A stretch of DNA of 64,000 bases from Mytilus californianus (lineage: Eukaryota), in assembly GCF_021869535.1 (NCBI RefSeq), contig NW_026262679.1:27404001-27468000 (forward strand). The letters run 5' to 3'. The translations under genes were made by a program, and so were the position numbers. This document shows positions 13,321 to 26,500 of the stretch, in pieces. Below the pieces are notes generated by a model, which was not told where the DNA came from, made no database searches, and saw only the letters and a list, made by a program, of their open reading frames with translations. Each line of letters opens with the position of its first letter. Position 1 is the stretch's first letter.

Positions 13321-13652
13321 TTTTTATGCCCCACCTACGATGGTAGAGGGGCATTATGTTTTTTCGGTTTGTGCGTCCATTCATTTGTTCTTTCGTTCGT
13401 TCGTTCGTCCGTCCGTCCGTCCGTCCCTTCGTCCGTCCGTCTGTTCCTATTCAGGTTAAAGTTTTTGGTCAAGGTAGTTTTTGATGAAGTTGAAGTCCAA
13501 TCAACTTGAAACTTAGTACACATGTTCCCTATGATATGATGTTTCTAATTTTAATGCCAAATTAGAGTTTTGACCCCAATTTCACCGTCCACTGAACATA
13601 GAAAATGATAGTGTGAGTGGGGCATCCGTGTACTATGGACACATTCTTGTTT
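13321..13652 (+). mobile_element. Short HINE family C (about 330 bp)
   Basis: TTTTTATGCCCC...GGGGCAT, (GTTC)n(GTCC)n, 3' GGGGCAT plus GTGTACTATGGACAC hairpin; close copy at 50933. Confidence 0.88.
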
Positions 13653-14310
13653 TACAGTGTAATTTCATCCCCTTCTTGCTATTTGAGGCATAAAACATGA
13701 ATAAATAAATTTGGAAGGGGTATGAAAAAAACTGCAACTTATACACTGTTTACAGTAGGGACTATATTTGTAGACAACGAAAATCAAAGGTAGATAACTG
13801 TGCTCTCAGACCTAATTGTGTTCAGTTTTGTGGCATTATTAAAAAGTTTGTGCTGTTTTATTTAAACTATGCTACTAAACATATTAAAAAATCAAATACT
13901 TGATTGCTGTATTGTGTTTAAAGATATTTTGTGTATAAAGTTGAGAAAAATGGATGGTAATAGATAACAAGTATCAATATTATCTTTATATTCCTGTCTT
14001 GGTACTGAATTCTTTATTTACATATTTTGCATGCTTTGATTAAAGATATCATCATTTTGAGGAGATTAGTTTTGTTGAGCAGAAAGAACATTTATTATGT
14101 TTCCAAAGAATTTTATCAGAAAAATAGTTTTGCCCATGACCTTAGAGAATGAGACAGCAATCATCCCAATGTCCACAATTTGTTTCCTATGATGTAACAG
14201 AATGGTACTACAAATGTCAATTCAGTATCTTCAAATGAAACTTTCCATTTCAGAAACACTGATATTTCATATTTAAGTTCCTATTTTCTGTCTTTTTTTA
14301 CATAGAAACT

Positions 14311-14375
14311 TGAGCATAATAGCAACTGCAAAAATACCTTTTAGAAAGGTATTTTTGTAGTTGCTATTATGCTCA
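14311..14375. other. Near-perfect 65-nt inverted repeat (31-bp arms, 3-nt loop)
   Basis: TGAGCATAATAGCAACTGCAAAAATACCTTT-TAG-AAAGGTATTTTTGTAGTTGCTATTATGCTCA; one G/T mismatch. Confidence 0.95.
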
Positions 14376-15334
14376 TAAAATCCATCTTATTTGTGTTCAA
14401 TGGGAGATAACTCAGAAATTTAATATGGTTTTGAGGTTAAGCATTGTAAAAGGAAATATATATTTTGAATATAAGTACTAAACAGCGAGGATTGGGTTCA
14501 TTTCTTTACTGATAAAGATATTTATATAATGCAGATTGTAAGAAATACATTAATATTTGGGGATAATTAAATCATTCTAGTGGTACAATTTAGTGTCAAT
14601 TTTCAGATTACAAGGAAATTTTGATCATTCAATAGCTAGATTCTTTAGTGAGTGTAACTGGTTCTTGTACCATATGTATCCATAAAATATATATTTTTGC
14701 TCACCAAAAACCTGCTTTTTGTTGCTAGTAAGAGAATTTGAAGTCTACTGGTCTGGAAAAGGCTGCCTTTTGAACCTTCCTCTGTTAATGAAATAAGTAT
14801 TAGAAAAACATGAAGAGAGGCTCATAAGGATGTAATGCCCTAGACCAGTAGTCAATATATCACATAGAATAAAATATGGTATTCAAGGATTAAAATTCCT
14901 AGATAACAAGCATGGTAAGTTATGAAATTTATATATAAGGCATACTGTCTAGTCCAGTTAGTTCATTCACTGAAGGAGAGATAGAGTTGGCATCATATCG
15001 CCTACCAATTGTGATTTTTGTAAATTCTTTATGCATACCACATTGATTGTCAGGTTAAAAATTTAAGCTATCATTGTATTATCCGTGGGTCTTTTGATGA
15101 AAATAGGTAAGGGCTGCGAATGGAGTTGATGAGAATGAAGGTTGAAAATTTTAATTAAGACTGTCAATGGAAAAGAAGGGTGTGTTGAACAGGGTCTAGC
15201 TCAAAATAGAGGGCCTCAGTTCCCTACTGTATTTTTGTTTTTGAAGGAAAATAGATACTTTTCAATGCAGAACAAATCATTTGAACAACTGGAAAACCCT
15301 TTTTACAACCCCAAAAATACTATAAAAGTGTAAC

Positions 15335-15415
15335 AGCATGAGACAACTGTCCACCAAAGTTCAAATGAAGTGGATGTAAGCAATTATAGGCCACTTACGG
15401 CCTTCAACAATGAGC
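15335..15415. repeat. SINE-like family fragment (inverse of 1021-1183)
   Basis: ATGAGACAACTGTCCACC...GGCCTTCAACAATGAG. Confidence 0.7.
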
Positions 15416-16448
15416 CAATTAATCAAACCCAATAACAACTAATAAATAAATCATGTTCTCTCAGACTAAAGTATCAATCAGTACACATCCAATGGATGTT
15501 TTCTATTATATTTTTTTGAAAATGTGTACGGAACTAACCTGACTTAGCAGCTTTGATGGAATATTCTTGCCATAAATCACATAGATTTACTCCATAATTA
15601 GAAAATGTAGCTTTTCAATGTCTTATTAATTGACACTAATATAGTAAGACCTATTAGAATGGCGGCATGTCAAAATGCTTTATTGTTGGATGAAAAACAG
15701 GGGACTTAACAAATCCTTGGTGTAAAGACAGACATATTTACTGTATCATGACTTTTCAGGTGTAATTCAATTATTAGAATGTTTGAAAAGAGACAAATAT
15801 CTTTCCTCTTAACTAGTGACATAGATTACAACAATGTATTTTGTGGTTATTTGGGAATGGTTTGTTGCAAATCACCACAAACCAGTTCTCTTCTTAAAAA
15901 AATAATTGTGTGGTATTTTCAGGGAATCCATATATGGCAGCAGTTTTATAAAACTGTTAAACTTAAAGATGATTTTGTGATTTCTAAAAGAGACTTCCTA
16001 TTCCAGAGTTGATGGAAGATCTGTGGTAGTCTTTCTTAAATTTATTTACAACTTTAGAGACTATGGACCATTTAGTGTTTGACATATACAGAGTCTAGAC
16101 CCTAGTCTCTGGTTGAAGACCAAAAGTTGACATCTAGATATCTTTTGGTGGATTTTTTGTCTTGTTTGATTGCATGCTGTCACATTATTAGAATATAACC
16201 CTTATCTTCTTTTCCTATTTAAAGAAAAAAAAATAGTATTATGAAAAAAACACAATGAATTACAGTTGGTATAAGAATGGTGAATGATGCAATTATTTGT
16301 GAAGTATGTCATTTAATTATTTCCCTGTATTGGTAACTTTATAGTGTCTTTCTTAGAATGTAATTGAATCATATTCAGTCTTGATAATAGTTCCTTGATT
16401 CATGTCACCATAGCCTTTATTTTGATTTTTTTTGTGCAACTAATACAG

Positions 16449-16514
16449 ATGAGATCTATGTTACCGACTGACATCTGTGGTGATCTGAGGAAGTTGAATG
16501 CATTTCATTACCAG
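16449..16514 (+). CDS. MCTP: Candidate 66-nt phase 0-0 exon or alternative start (MRSMLPTDICGDLRKLNAFHYQ)
   Basis: T-rich tract plus TACAG|ATG acceptor, 22 open codons, CAG|GTAAAC donor, frame preserving. Confidence 0.55.
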
Positions 16515-17227
16515 GTAAACATAACAACCAAACTGAAACAACCAAAAAATATGGAAGATCTTTTTTGATGATTCCTGAATATGATTAAATCCCAAAATAA
16601 ATTCAAAACATGGCTTCTAGAGACCGTTATTAACTGATGGTTAATTTTTCAAAATAACAAGATCAGATATTGTGTAGTTTAATAATAATGATGAGATAAG
16701 ACAACTTCACCAAACATTCTGTTTGTGAACAAATATTCAGACTACAGTGGCATGTAGGCTTTCATTTTCTGTGAAAATATGTGACCAGTGTGAACTAAAT
16801 ATGATAGAATTTTTTTTTTCTCAAAAAAGTAAAGGGATCAGACAAAAGTTTGTCATTGGCTTAATTGTTTTGATAGATTTAATAGTTTAACTACCAGTGA
16901 GAATTCTTGATTTTGACAAGAAAATGATGGAAGTTCTCATACAAGCTCTATAGTTTGATAGAAAGAGTAATATGAAGTCATGAATCATTTCATATTTCAC
17001 TGATTTCATTGATCTGTTGTGCTGTAGTAAGGGCAGATCTAGTAAGTAGTGACAGTTTGACTATCTGTCATTCCATACTTCCAGGCATTCTTCTGAAACA
17101 TATATAGAAAACTTAGTTTATCTGTATAACTACAACAGGTTTTTCATCAACTTTATTCACACTTTGTGAATTGATGGTACACAGATTGAATATGGGCACC
17201 TCTTTTATTTTGTACATTTTTGAAATT

Positions 17228-17250
17228 CCCCCCCCCCCCCCCCCCCCCCC
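17228..17250. repeat. C23 homopolymer
   Basis: 23 consecutive C in an AT-rich context. Confidence 0.95.
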
Positions 17251-20085
17251 AGGTTTCCAATTAGTAAAACATTTTGTCATTGTTAGCTGTAGGAAGTACC
17301 TTAGAAAAGTTGTGTAATCTGTAACTTCAATTGCTTTTCATCCTGAATGCTCAAACATTGGGATGATCAATTACGTAGAAATGTATAGTTTATGACCAAA
17401 AGGGGCTTATAAAGTAAACTTTGGCTGCATGAAAATATATTGATTTGAAATTGGCAGCTTTGATATAAATGTCAGAAGAAATCAAAGAGATTTACTTTAT
17501 AATAAGTTGATTGCAGCATGTCAATATCTCATTAATTTACACTAATATAGAAAGTCCAATGTTATTGATGTCTCCAGTGTAACATTGATCAGGAGAGTAA
17601 CAAATCCTTCGTGTATTAACAGATTTACTATATAATACAATGTCAACTTTAAATCATCTTTTAGAATGGATGTTATGAACAAACCTGTAGGGTTCCTTAT
17701 CGACTGACCTCATTGTAAACCCAAAACTATTGCTGATTATACAGTTAATTGATATATTGGGATATCCTAACAGGACTGGCTTTTCTCTATTTCTGTTATG
17801 ACTTACTTAAACCAGTCCAATAATTTAACGTAAAAGGTTTCCATTAAGATATTACAGCATGCTGATTAATATAATGGCAGGGACTACATATTTATGGCGT
17901 AACCACTTAAGTTCTGGATGTATACTGTTTTAACATCCTTCAAGGTGACTTTAGAGATTCTGATCTGCCAAAGAATTTTTGTATACGAAAAATGACATGG
18001 AGCTGTTGAATTCTAAAGACAGTAAAGTCCTAAAATTTGGCAAATATAAAGAATATTTGATGTACTTGAAAAGTTATTATTTTAGTGTCAATAAAAGCTT
18101 GGAAAGAGCTTCTGCTAATTTCTAGTGTTTGGCAGACTTCATGTTCTGAACTTTGACAATGGAATGTGTTACAGCTAGTGTAACTTCACTGGATTTCATG
18201 TTCAACAGATATTGAAGAAGTACATTTATTTACAAACTCTACTTGTTTCATGTAGTAATATATTGTAAACTTTCTGTTAAGTGGTTGCACAAGATGAAAG
18301 CGGCAGATAGTGTATATATCTGTTGTAACACATCTGTTAAAATTGTCTTCTGGCAGGCAGTGATCTAATATTACAAATCACATTTAAACTTTCAACCATT
18401 GAAGTGTTGAAGTGGATGATGGAATTATATGAAGATTATTGAATTTAAGACCAGATAATGGTTATGTCTGTATTGAGTTAGAAGACAAACTTTTGACATG
18501 GGGTTCTTCATCAATGTATGTACTACTTTATAACTTTATAGCATCATGTTCTCGTAGTTTAATTGATATGAGTGATTTGGTTGTCTGAACAGGACTAATT
18601 GTAAATCAGTGATAATGATTTTAAAACCTCTGCTGACAACTTAAACTGTCTTAGTTTCTAAAATATATTTGAAATCAATTATTGATGGTACCATTCTTGA
18701 GCATTCTTGTGATTGTGATCAATATCATTCTCATATAAGTACATTTTAGAATTAGTTAAATTCAGTACAACATACTAAATATGAGGATTTTTAACATTGT
18801 TTGCATTTGATTAATATGAAATTTGTTTATGTCATCTATAAATCCATAACATCATCAATTATTTTCAGTTGTTACTGTTTTTAAATTCCAAAATTATAAT
18901 AACTAAATACAGAATGTCATCAGAATATATCATAACAAAATTCAACAGCACTGTGTAATAAATGCCTAGTATAGGTTTGAAAATGTAAGCCCAAAGGCAA
19001 ATCTCGTAATAAGGTGTAATCATTGATGTCAGTGATCCGGAAAGGTATTTTAACAAAAGAGTTTGAGTGCGGAGGACATACTAGTAGATAGTAATCTATT
19101 AAGGACTTCAGTTTAAACATAGACAGGAAAAATAGTTATTGTTTGTGCCAAGAAGAGATTATTTTACTTCCTGTATTATTTATAGCAACAAGTATTTGAG
19201 GATTATGAGTTCCGACATTAGTTGTGTATTTTTTTGTGTTGATTATGAGATTATATGAGACATTAATAGATTAGTTAATCAGGATCTAATGAAGTTGTTT
19301 ATAAACATTAGTAATTAGCTCTTTGAAGCATTTTTCTACAACTAACACCATTTATTAGTGTATTATTAATCCTGAGATATAACAGCTATATGCATTGGAT
19401 AAATACTGTAAATTTGACAGGATAGGATTTTATTTTATGACAATTGCACTGGATAGGATTAGACAGGTTGTTGTGTTAATCTGTATATAATATTGATGGT
19501 TTGATAAAAAAAAAAAAAACATGTGTAATGATTTCTTGAATCATTGTGCCTAGTTAAAGATACATGTTTTTTTTTGAAAATCTTCAAAACTGGAAACATA
19601 AAATTGATTTGTTAAAAGTCTCAGCAGATATTAACTCTGTACTGATCGTGGGACAGCAGTGGTGGATCAGAATTTCAATAACAAGCTTGCTAGTTTTTGT
19701 TTTCAGTTTTCAGTAATTGGATATACAAGAAAAATTTATCACTTTTCAACTATCAGGATAAAAGTGACATTTCTTGTTGACTGATTGAATGTCTGTAGTA
19801 GTGTAATAGCATTCTTCTCTATCCTACATACCAATAGTATCTGTTGACTTATTTAGGAAAGCCTGTGGTCAACTTGTATTGTGTTTATATTCTTAATGAA
19901 AAGGATTAACTGAAATATAATTTATGGTTTCTGGATTTTAAAATATAATGACTTGATCTATATTGTTATAAACCGGTGACAATAACTGTATTGTTCTGTG
20001 AATTTAAGTCTGCCTGTACAAATAGTTTTATCACAATCAACCTTTAATAAGATAACTGTTTCAAGTAAATAGACCAAAAACAAAT

Positions 20086-20502
20086 ATGTCCTCTTCTGAT
20101 GGAGAACAATCAAATGTACTGTCATCTGCAAGCGTGATAATGGCAAGGCATAAAAAGAAAAAATGGAGGCATAAATTTGCAAGTGGACTGACAGGATCTT
20201 CCAAAAAAATTAAGAAATTAAAAAAGTCTCGTTCAATAAGTCAGTCCGTTGGATGTCTTATTGAGAGTACTACAGAAACAGTTTTAGGAGATTTGAATTC
20301 TTACCATAATTCATGGGGTAACTTTGATACCCTAAGTGTAGGGAGTACTGGTCACTTGTCTGATGATGCTAGGAGTATGGACAGCCAGGATAGTCGTGAT
20401 AGTTTGGATAGGCTTAGTGTACCTGTACGATATTCTGATTCAGGCATTCTTGATTCCTCACAAGAGTCCTTGTTATCTACAGATCGGGACTACGATCTAA
20501 GC
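20086..20502 (+). CDS. MCTP: Alternative first coding exon B: Lys-rich then Ser/Asp-rich disordered N-terminus (139 aa)
   Basis: ORF track 20086; in-frame TAA upstream at 20053; donor AGC|GTAAGA at phase 0. Confidence 0.85.
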
Positions 20503-23500
20503 GTAAGAATTTTATGTTCTGTCCTTTTCATTATATATTGGAAAATAAATGAACTTCTTGTGACAATGACTGTTAGCAGGTGGTATCCTATTTTTTCAAT
20601 CTATGAATGATTGCATGTTATTGAGATATTTACACTGAGTTCAAATGTAACAGAGTATCAGACGCACCATAATGAAATAAAATTACAAGATTTACTTACC
20701 CGTCCCTAAAATACCACATTCTTATTTAATCACTTTATTAATTTGGTCTTTAAATTTGCTTAAAACAAGTCAGAATGAAGGACAATTGACCAGGAACTGG
20801 TAAAGTCTTGGTACACTTTGATAATTTTTGTACATTATTAGAACAAGTCTTGAACACACCATACAGCCACCCTGGATCATTTTGTTTTAAAACCCAAATG
20901 ATCATGATCATGCACTGAATTTGCCACATAGGACATGGAAGTTGCTTTTTATTTCTTCACTTCTTTAATGAACATGATGAAATAGGCTTTGCTTAAGTTT
21001 AATGAAAATAAGTTAACTATCATAACCTTAATGATAAAATACATTCCTCCCATGGATTATACTGTTAATTTTATGTTTTGAGCGGAACAAATACATGTAT
21101 TTGTTTACTTTTTTCAATCTATAAATTTTACAACAATATTTCAGACAATTCAAAAACTGAAATTTAAGAGAAAATAAAATGACATACTGTCTGACTTCCT
21201 AACATGCTCTTCAAGTATACAGTGCTCCATTATCCTATTCATATGGTCTATAAATTAGCAAACTTTAAAGATTCTTCTGATTAAACAAACATCAATCAAT
21301 CAAACAAACAGCAAAGACCACTGAACTGCTCAGGTCCATGATCTGTTATGAATTCTGTATATATGGTATAGGTTTATCATTCGTTCATCTTTTTTACTTT
21401 TTTTTGTTTGTTTGTTGAGCATCTTAATGCATTTACTCAGAATTATAAATTGACTTATATGTAAAGATTGAAATAGTCAAAAACTTAGATTTCTGTTACG
21501 TACATGTTCTAGACCACCAAAAAATCCCTATAAAATTGAGAATGGAAATGGGGAATGTGTCAAAGAGACAACAACCCGACCATAGAGCAGACAACAGCCG
21601 AAGGCCACCAATGGGTCTTCAATGCAGCGAGAAACTCCCGCACCCGGAGGCGTCCTTCAGCTGGCCCCTAAACAAATATGTATACTAGTTCAGTGATAAT
21701 GGACGTCATACTAAACTCCAAATTATACACAAGAAACTAAAATTAAAAATGATACAAGACTAACAAAGGCCAGAGGCTCCTGACTTGGGACAGGCGCAAA
21801 AATGCGGCGGGGTTAAACATGTTTTTTGAGATCTCAACCCTCCCCCTATACCTCTAGCCAATAAAAAAAACAAACGTACAACAGTACGCACAGTAAAACT
21901 CAGTTTAAGAGAAGTCCGAGTCCGATGTCAGAATCGGAAACAAAAGAAAATAAACAAAATGACAATAATACATAAATAACAACAGACTACTAGCAGTTAC
22001 GGACATGCCAGCTCCAGACCTCAATTAAACTGGTTGAAAGATTATGTCTTCATCATATGAATATCAGGCACAATCCCTCCTGTTAGGGGTTTAGTATTAT
22101 ACCATCATAAAATATATGAGAAGAACATAACCCGTGTCATGCCAACAACTGGTTTTAGAACATAGTATATATCAATTTTCTATGAATGTTTTTGGGTGAA
22201 AAATGCATTGTTTTTATCATTTTAGGAAATTGGTTTAAGAAACAGAAAGCATTCCATGCAACATCATGCTTGTTATGATTTAGAAATAGTTCTGAAAGAG
22301 GGGAGAGACTTGGTCATAAGAGACAGCAGTGGTAAGTGAAGGGCTGATAATTTGACAGACTGTGGATTCATTTATTTTCGTGGATACTAATTTTTGCGGA
22401 TCAAGGAAACGTCGTATTTTTGAGATTTGATTACATGGTTTTTGCCAAAGTCTGCATACAAGCCTTTAGAAAATTTGTTCTTTGTTGAGCAAATAAATTA
22501 GTGGTTTATTTAGCACTCCACAGTTAGGTGTGTAGTTTCGCATTTTGGCCCCTGTGGATTTTTCAAATATGAAAGCTAGTGTCCAATAAAATTCATTTTT
22601 GGATAGTTGAGGATTAATACAGCTCTCATAGTGGGTTTATATGAGCATCAAGATTGTGTAATGTATGTATTATGGGCTGTTTTCTGTATGACAGTCAGTA
22701 TTTTCATATCCATACCAGACATTGGTCTCAAAATTATTGTGATGTTTTTTCCGACTTTCTGTCGCACGAACTTTGTGATTCAATTTTAAGAAAAAATGAG
22801 GCGAAAGACACCCACTTTTTATTTAATCATTTGGTAGATTAATGTCAATAGTTTCAGAAAATGTATCACTCAAAGGGATTGAAATTCTAGTTTGAACCAA
22901 ATTTTGGAGGACTATGTGACATTTTCATGTCCCTTTTTGCAATATTTTATGGTGAATAAATACAGAATGTTGCCGTGGTTCAATTTTAATTTTATTTCCT
23001 AACTGTGGAGTGCACCTTACCTATACCCACAAAATCACTAAAAATTGGTATCTCCCAAATTATAATGAATCCATAGTAAGACATTATAATAATTATTTTA
23101 ACATAGAAAGTATCGTCATTTAATGAATATATCTGGTTTTGCCTACTCGGAATTTTAAACTAGATGTGATGTTTGTCCATTGTTAATTCTGGTTTATTGA
23201 TAAAGGTTAATATTGTATATTATGCTCAAAAAGTTCTATGTAGTTTGCTTCCAAATCTTTTGACTTTGATAATACCTGAGCATACCTCATGTTGTTTATT
23301 CCAGAAACATGCCATGCACACATAATTTGGTCTTGTATGTATGAATTAGTATAGCAGTGCTTTAACCTAGTACAATATGTCATTTTGTTTGGGGTTATGT
23401 GAAGAAGAAGTACTATACTTGATATAAAATTTGATATCTGAATTCTCACACTAGTTTGTTAGTAACATGAAGATAGGTAGGCTTATGTAGCATCACAATG

Positions 23501-26500
23501 TGATTTGTTTTAAAGGTTGTCATAGGGGGCATTAAGTGTTACCCTTGTTCGTCTGTACGTCTGTACATATGTCCCAAAATTTATTTCCATTCTTTCACTT
23601 TAGTTTGCCTCAACCAAATGTTATGAATCTCGTACACAATGCTTATTACCACAAAACACAGATCAAGTTTGAATTTTGGTGGTGTCACTTTCACCTTTCT
23701 AGAGTTATGCCCTTTACAAAAGAAAAAGAATATCATTCATTGCCTTGATATATTATTTAAGTCTTCATGTCATAATAAAACACACAGAAAAATCAAATTT
23801 ATATTTACTTAGAAACCAATTTAGAAAAGGGTGGACCTTGCTTTTTTTCAAGAGTTCAGGCCTTGTGGTCATAAAGATTTTCAAGCTTGATTATCATACT
23901 CACTCAGAAATCAACCAATCAAAATACTGGATTTGGTGTTTCAAGCACACTTTGTGTACTCCAAGCACTGAGTAAAGTTTTAACAGAGAGTCCAGGACTC
24001 GTGGATTTATTTTAGTGAGAACCCTGTATATAATGTGAAGCTCATTGTTTTAGATGTGTATGTCTAATCTGTTCTGGTTTTTTTTGCAGGTACCAGTGAT
24101 CCATATGTAAAATTCAAAATAGGAAATAAAATGTTACATAAAAGTAAGACAGTGTTTAAAAACTTAAATCCACAATGGAATGAAACATTTCACCTGTTAA
24201 TAGAGGACCTTTTCCAACCTGTACAGTTACAAGTATATGATTATGACCGGGGACGATTTGATGATCCTATGGGATCGGCTGATATTGATTTGTCTCTAAT
24301 AGAACTGAATGAGTAAGTTTATCTGTTACATCAGTGATGATATTTTTAAACCTTAAGAGAAGATTTCTTGGATTCATTTTAGTGTTACACAGCATGCAAA
24401 ACCCCCCACACTCCAGAAAAATATTCCAGAGGTCAATAAAGATAACAAGGAGTGAGTATTGCACAATTTATGAAAAAAAGATTAAATGTGTAGATAAATT
24501 AATTATTATATTTAAAAAAGAGAGATTTTGAAGTACCATCGTTTCAACATAGCATAATGAATAGCAAACTAATAACATATTATTTGAATAAGATTTGAAA
24601 TAACAAATTAAGTCCTAATGCTACCACTATTTAGGCATTTGAGTGTTTGTTTGATTGTTGCTTGCATATCATCCAGTGACAAATATTTCATGCATATTCA
24701 GAGAGAGAACAAATTAACAGTAAATGCAAGGTAGGTTCTATAAAGTTGGTCTACCCAGATGAAGGGCATGATCTTTTGACTGACAATTAGATAAAGGCAA
24801 AAATTTTACCTTGCTACAGGCCCACCTTCAGACCCCTCAAATGGTTGTTACAAATTATGATTCTTCCTTATAACTTAACAAAATAAACATGTCAGTATAA
24901 ATCTAAGGAAATAAAGATACATAGAAAGCTAGTGTAAGAACTAATTGTAATAGAAGTGAGTGTTGGGTCACATTGTATTTGTATTGATTGATGATCATAG
25001 TTTTCTGAGGAAGTATTTATTTCAATTTTACTTTCCTAAACAAATCAATCATTCAAATCCAGTATAACTTGGTATTGTCATAATATAACTTGTATAAGCT
25101 GTCCTGGTTTAACTATTGGAAATCTATAACTTACAGATTCCTGGTTTTTTGTACTGAGTTACAAAGATAGCTGCCATTTGTTTGTAGATCTGAATGGTTC
25201 AGTCAGTAATCACAAACAGAGATTTATTTATCAGCATGCTCCAGGTTTACAGAAAAGATTAATTCACTGTAGTGAAATATATAACCAAAGATGGGAGGCA
25301 ATCCAAAATCTATTTGATTGATTAAACTGGAACTGGCTCATACACTGAAATAAAAACACCCCCTGGACTGCCTGGAGCAATTTTTAGTGTCAATGAAATT
25401 AAGTGTGAATTGCTATATTATTACATTTATAGAGATATAAGTTTAACTCAAATTCACAGTTTATTATTGTCATATTAGTGGCTTCAGATGATAAAGAAGC
25501 ATGTGACAGTATACCCCTCTATCCAATGTCTATAAATTTTAGCAGTATCAGCACACTTTTGGCAAAGTAACATATTTTCAAAATGTATTACATGTTCTTG
25601 TTAATATGTCCTGATTTCCAAAATTCAATAACTTTTTAAAATCTTCATTTCAAGTGCAGATCTTAAATAGATATATTTCAAAATAAAATACTTATTGTGT
25701 CATTTTAACAATGTTTATAATTTCCTGTGCTCTTAGGCTGCATACGTCATTTCAGTTTTTAAGCTATACTATGAGGGTCTGGATGGGGTTTACAGAATAG
25801 AAAATAATGGCCAAAAAAGATAATGAATAAAATAAATGAGCTAAAAGAATGATAAGGTGCAAAATTATAAATATAACTGGAAAATAAAAGAATTAGGCAA
25901 TAAAATACTGATTACAGGCAGAAATAAATGATGTCCAGAATAAAGAAATCATAAAATTACAGAAAAAATTCATAGTAAAATCAATTTCATGAGAATTTTA
26001 AAGAATAAGCATTAATTTTAAAGGAAAAGAAAAATGCCCTAAAAATTTAAATCATACAGAAATTATGGACCTCCCCTTCCAGACCCTCATACTATAGTCA
26101 TAACTAAATCAATACATTTTGGACTGTGTGATAAGTGGCTAATTAAGTCATTTGCATATCTTTAATGTTCTTATCAAACATATATAACAAGTTGCTTTTC
26201 TTTAAAAAAAGAAATGCAATCGTAAACCCAAATGCTTGTTTGGCATTGAATATTAGATAATTGTTTTTTTTTTAGATAAGAGTTAGTTTCTAGGCTTATG
26301 TTCAAATACAAATGTGAAGAAATTCAATCAATTAATGATTATTTGTGCTTTAATAAAAAAAAGAAATGCAATACGTGAAACTAAATAGCTGTTTTTATTG
26401 GAATTTGAGATATGTTCATGGTTATTTGAACAATGGCTTGATATTGTTCATTATTAAGATCCTTACACCTGCTCTGCAAGGATTTTGTGATGCTTAGGGT

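Noticed and set aside
12830-13815. Possible DNA transposon hosting the 13321 HINE
   Set aside because: It looks TE-like, but I could not find matching TIRs or a TSD.
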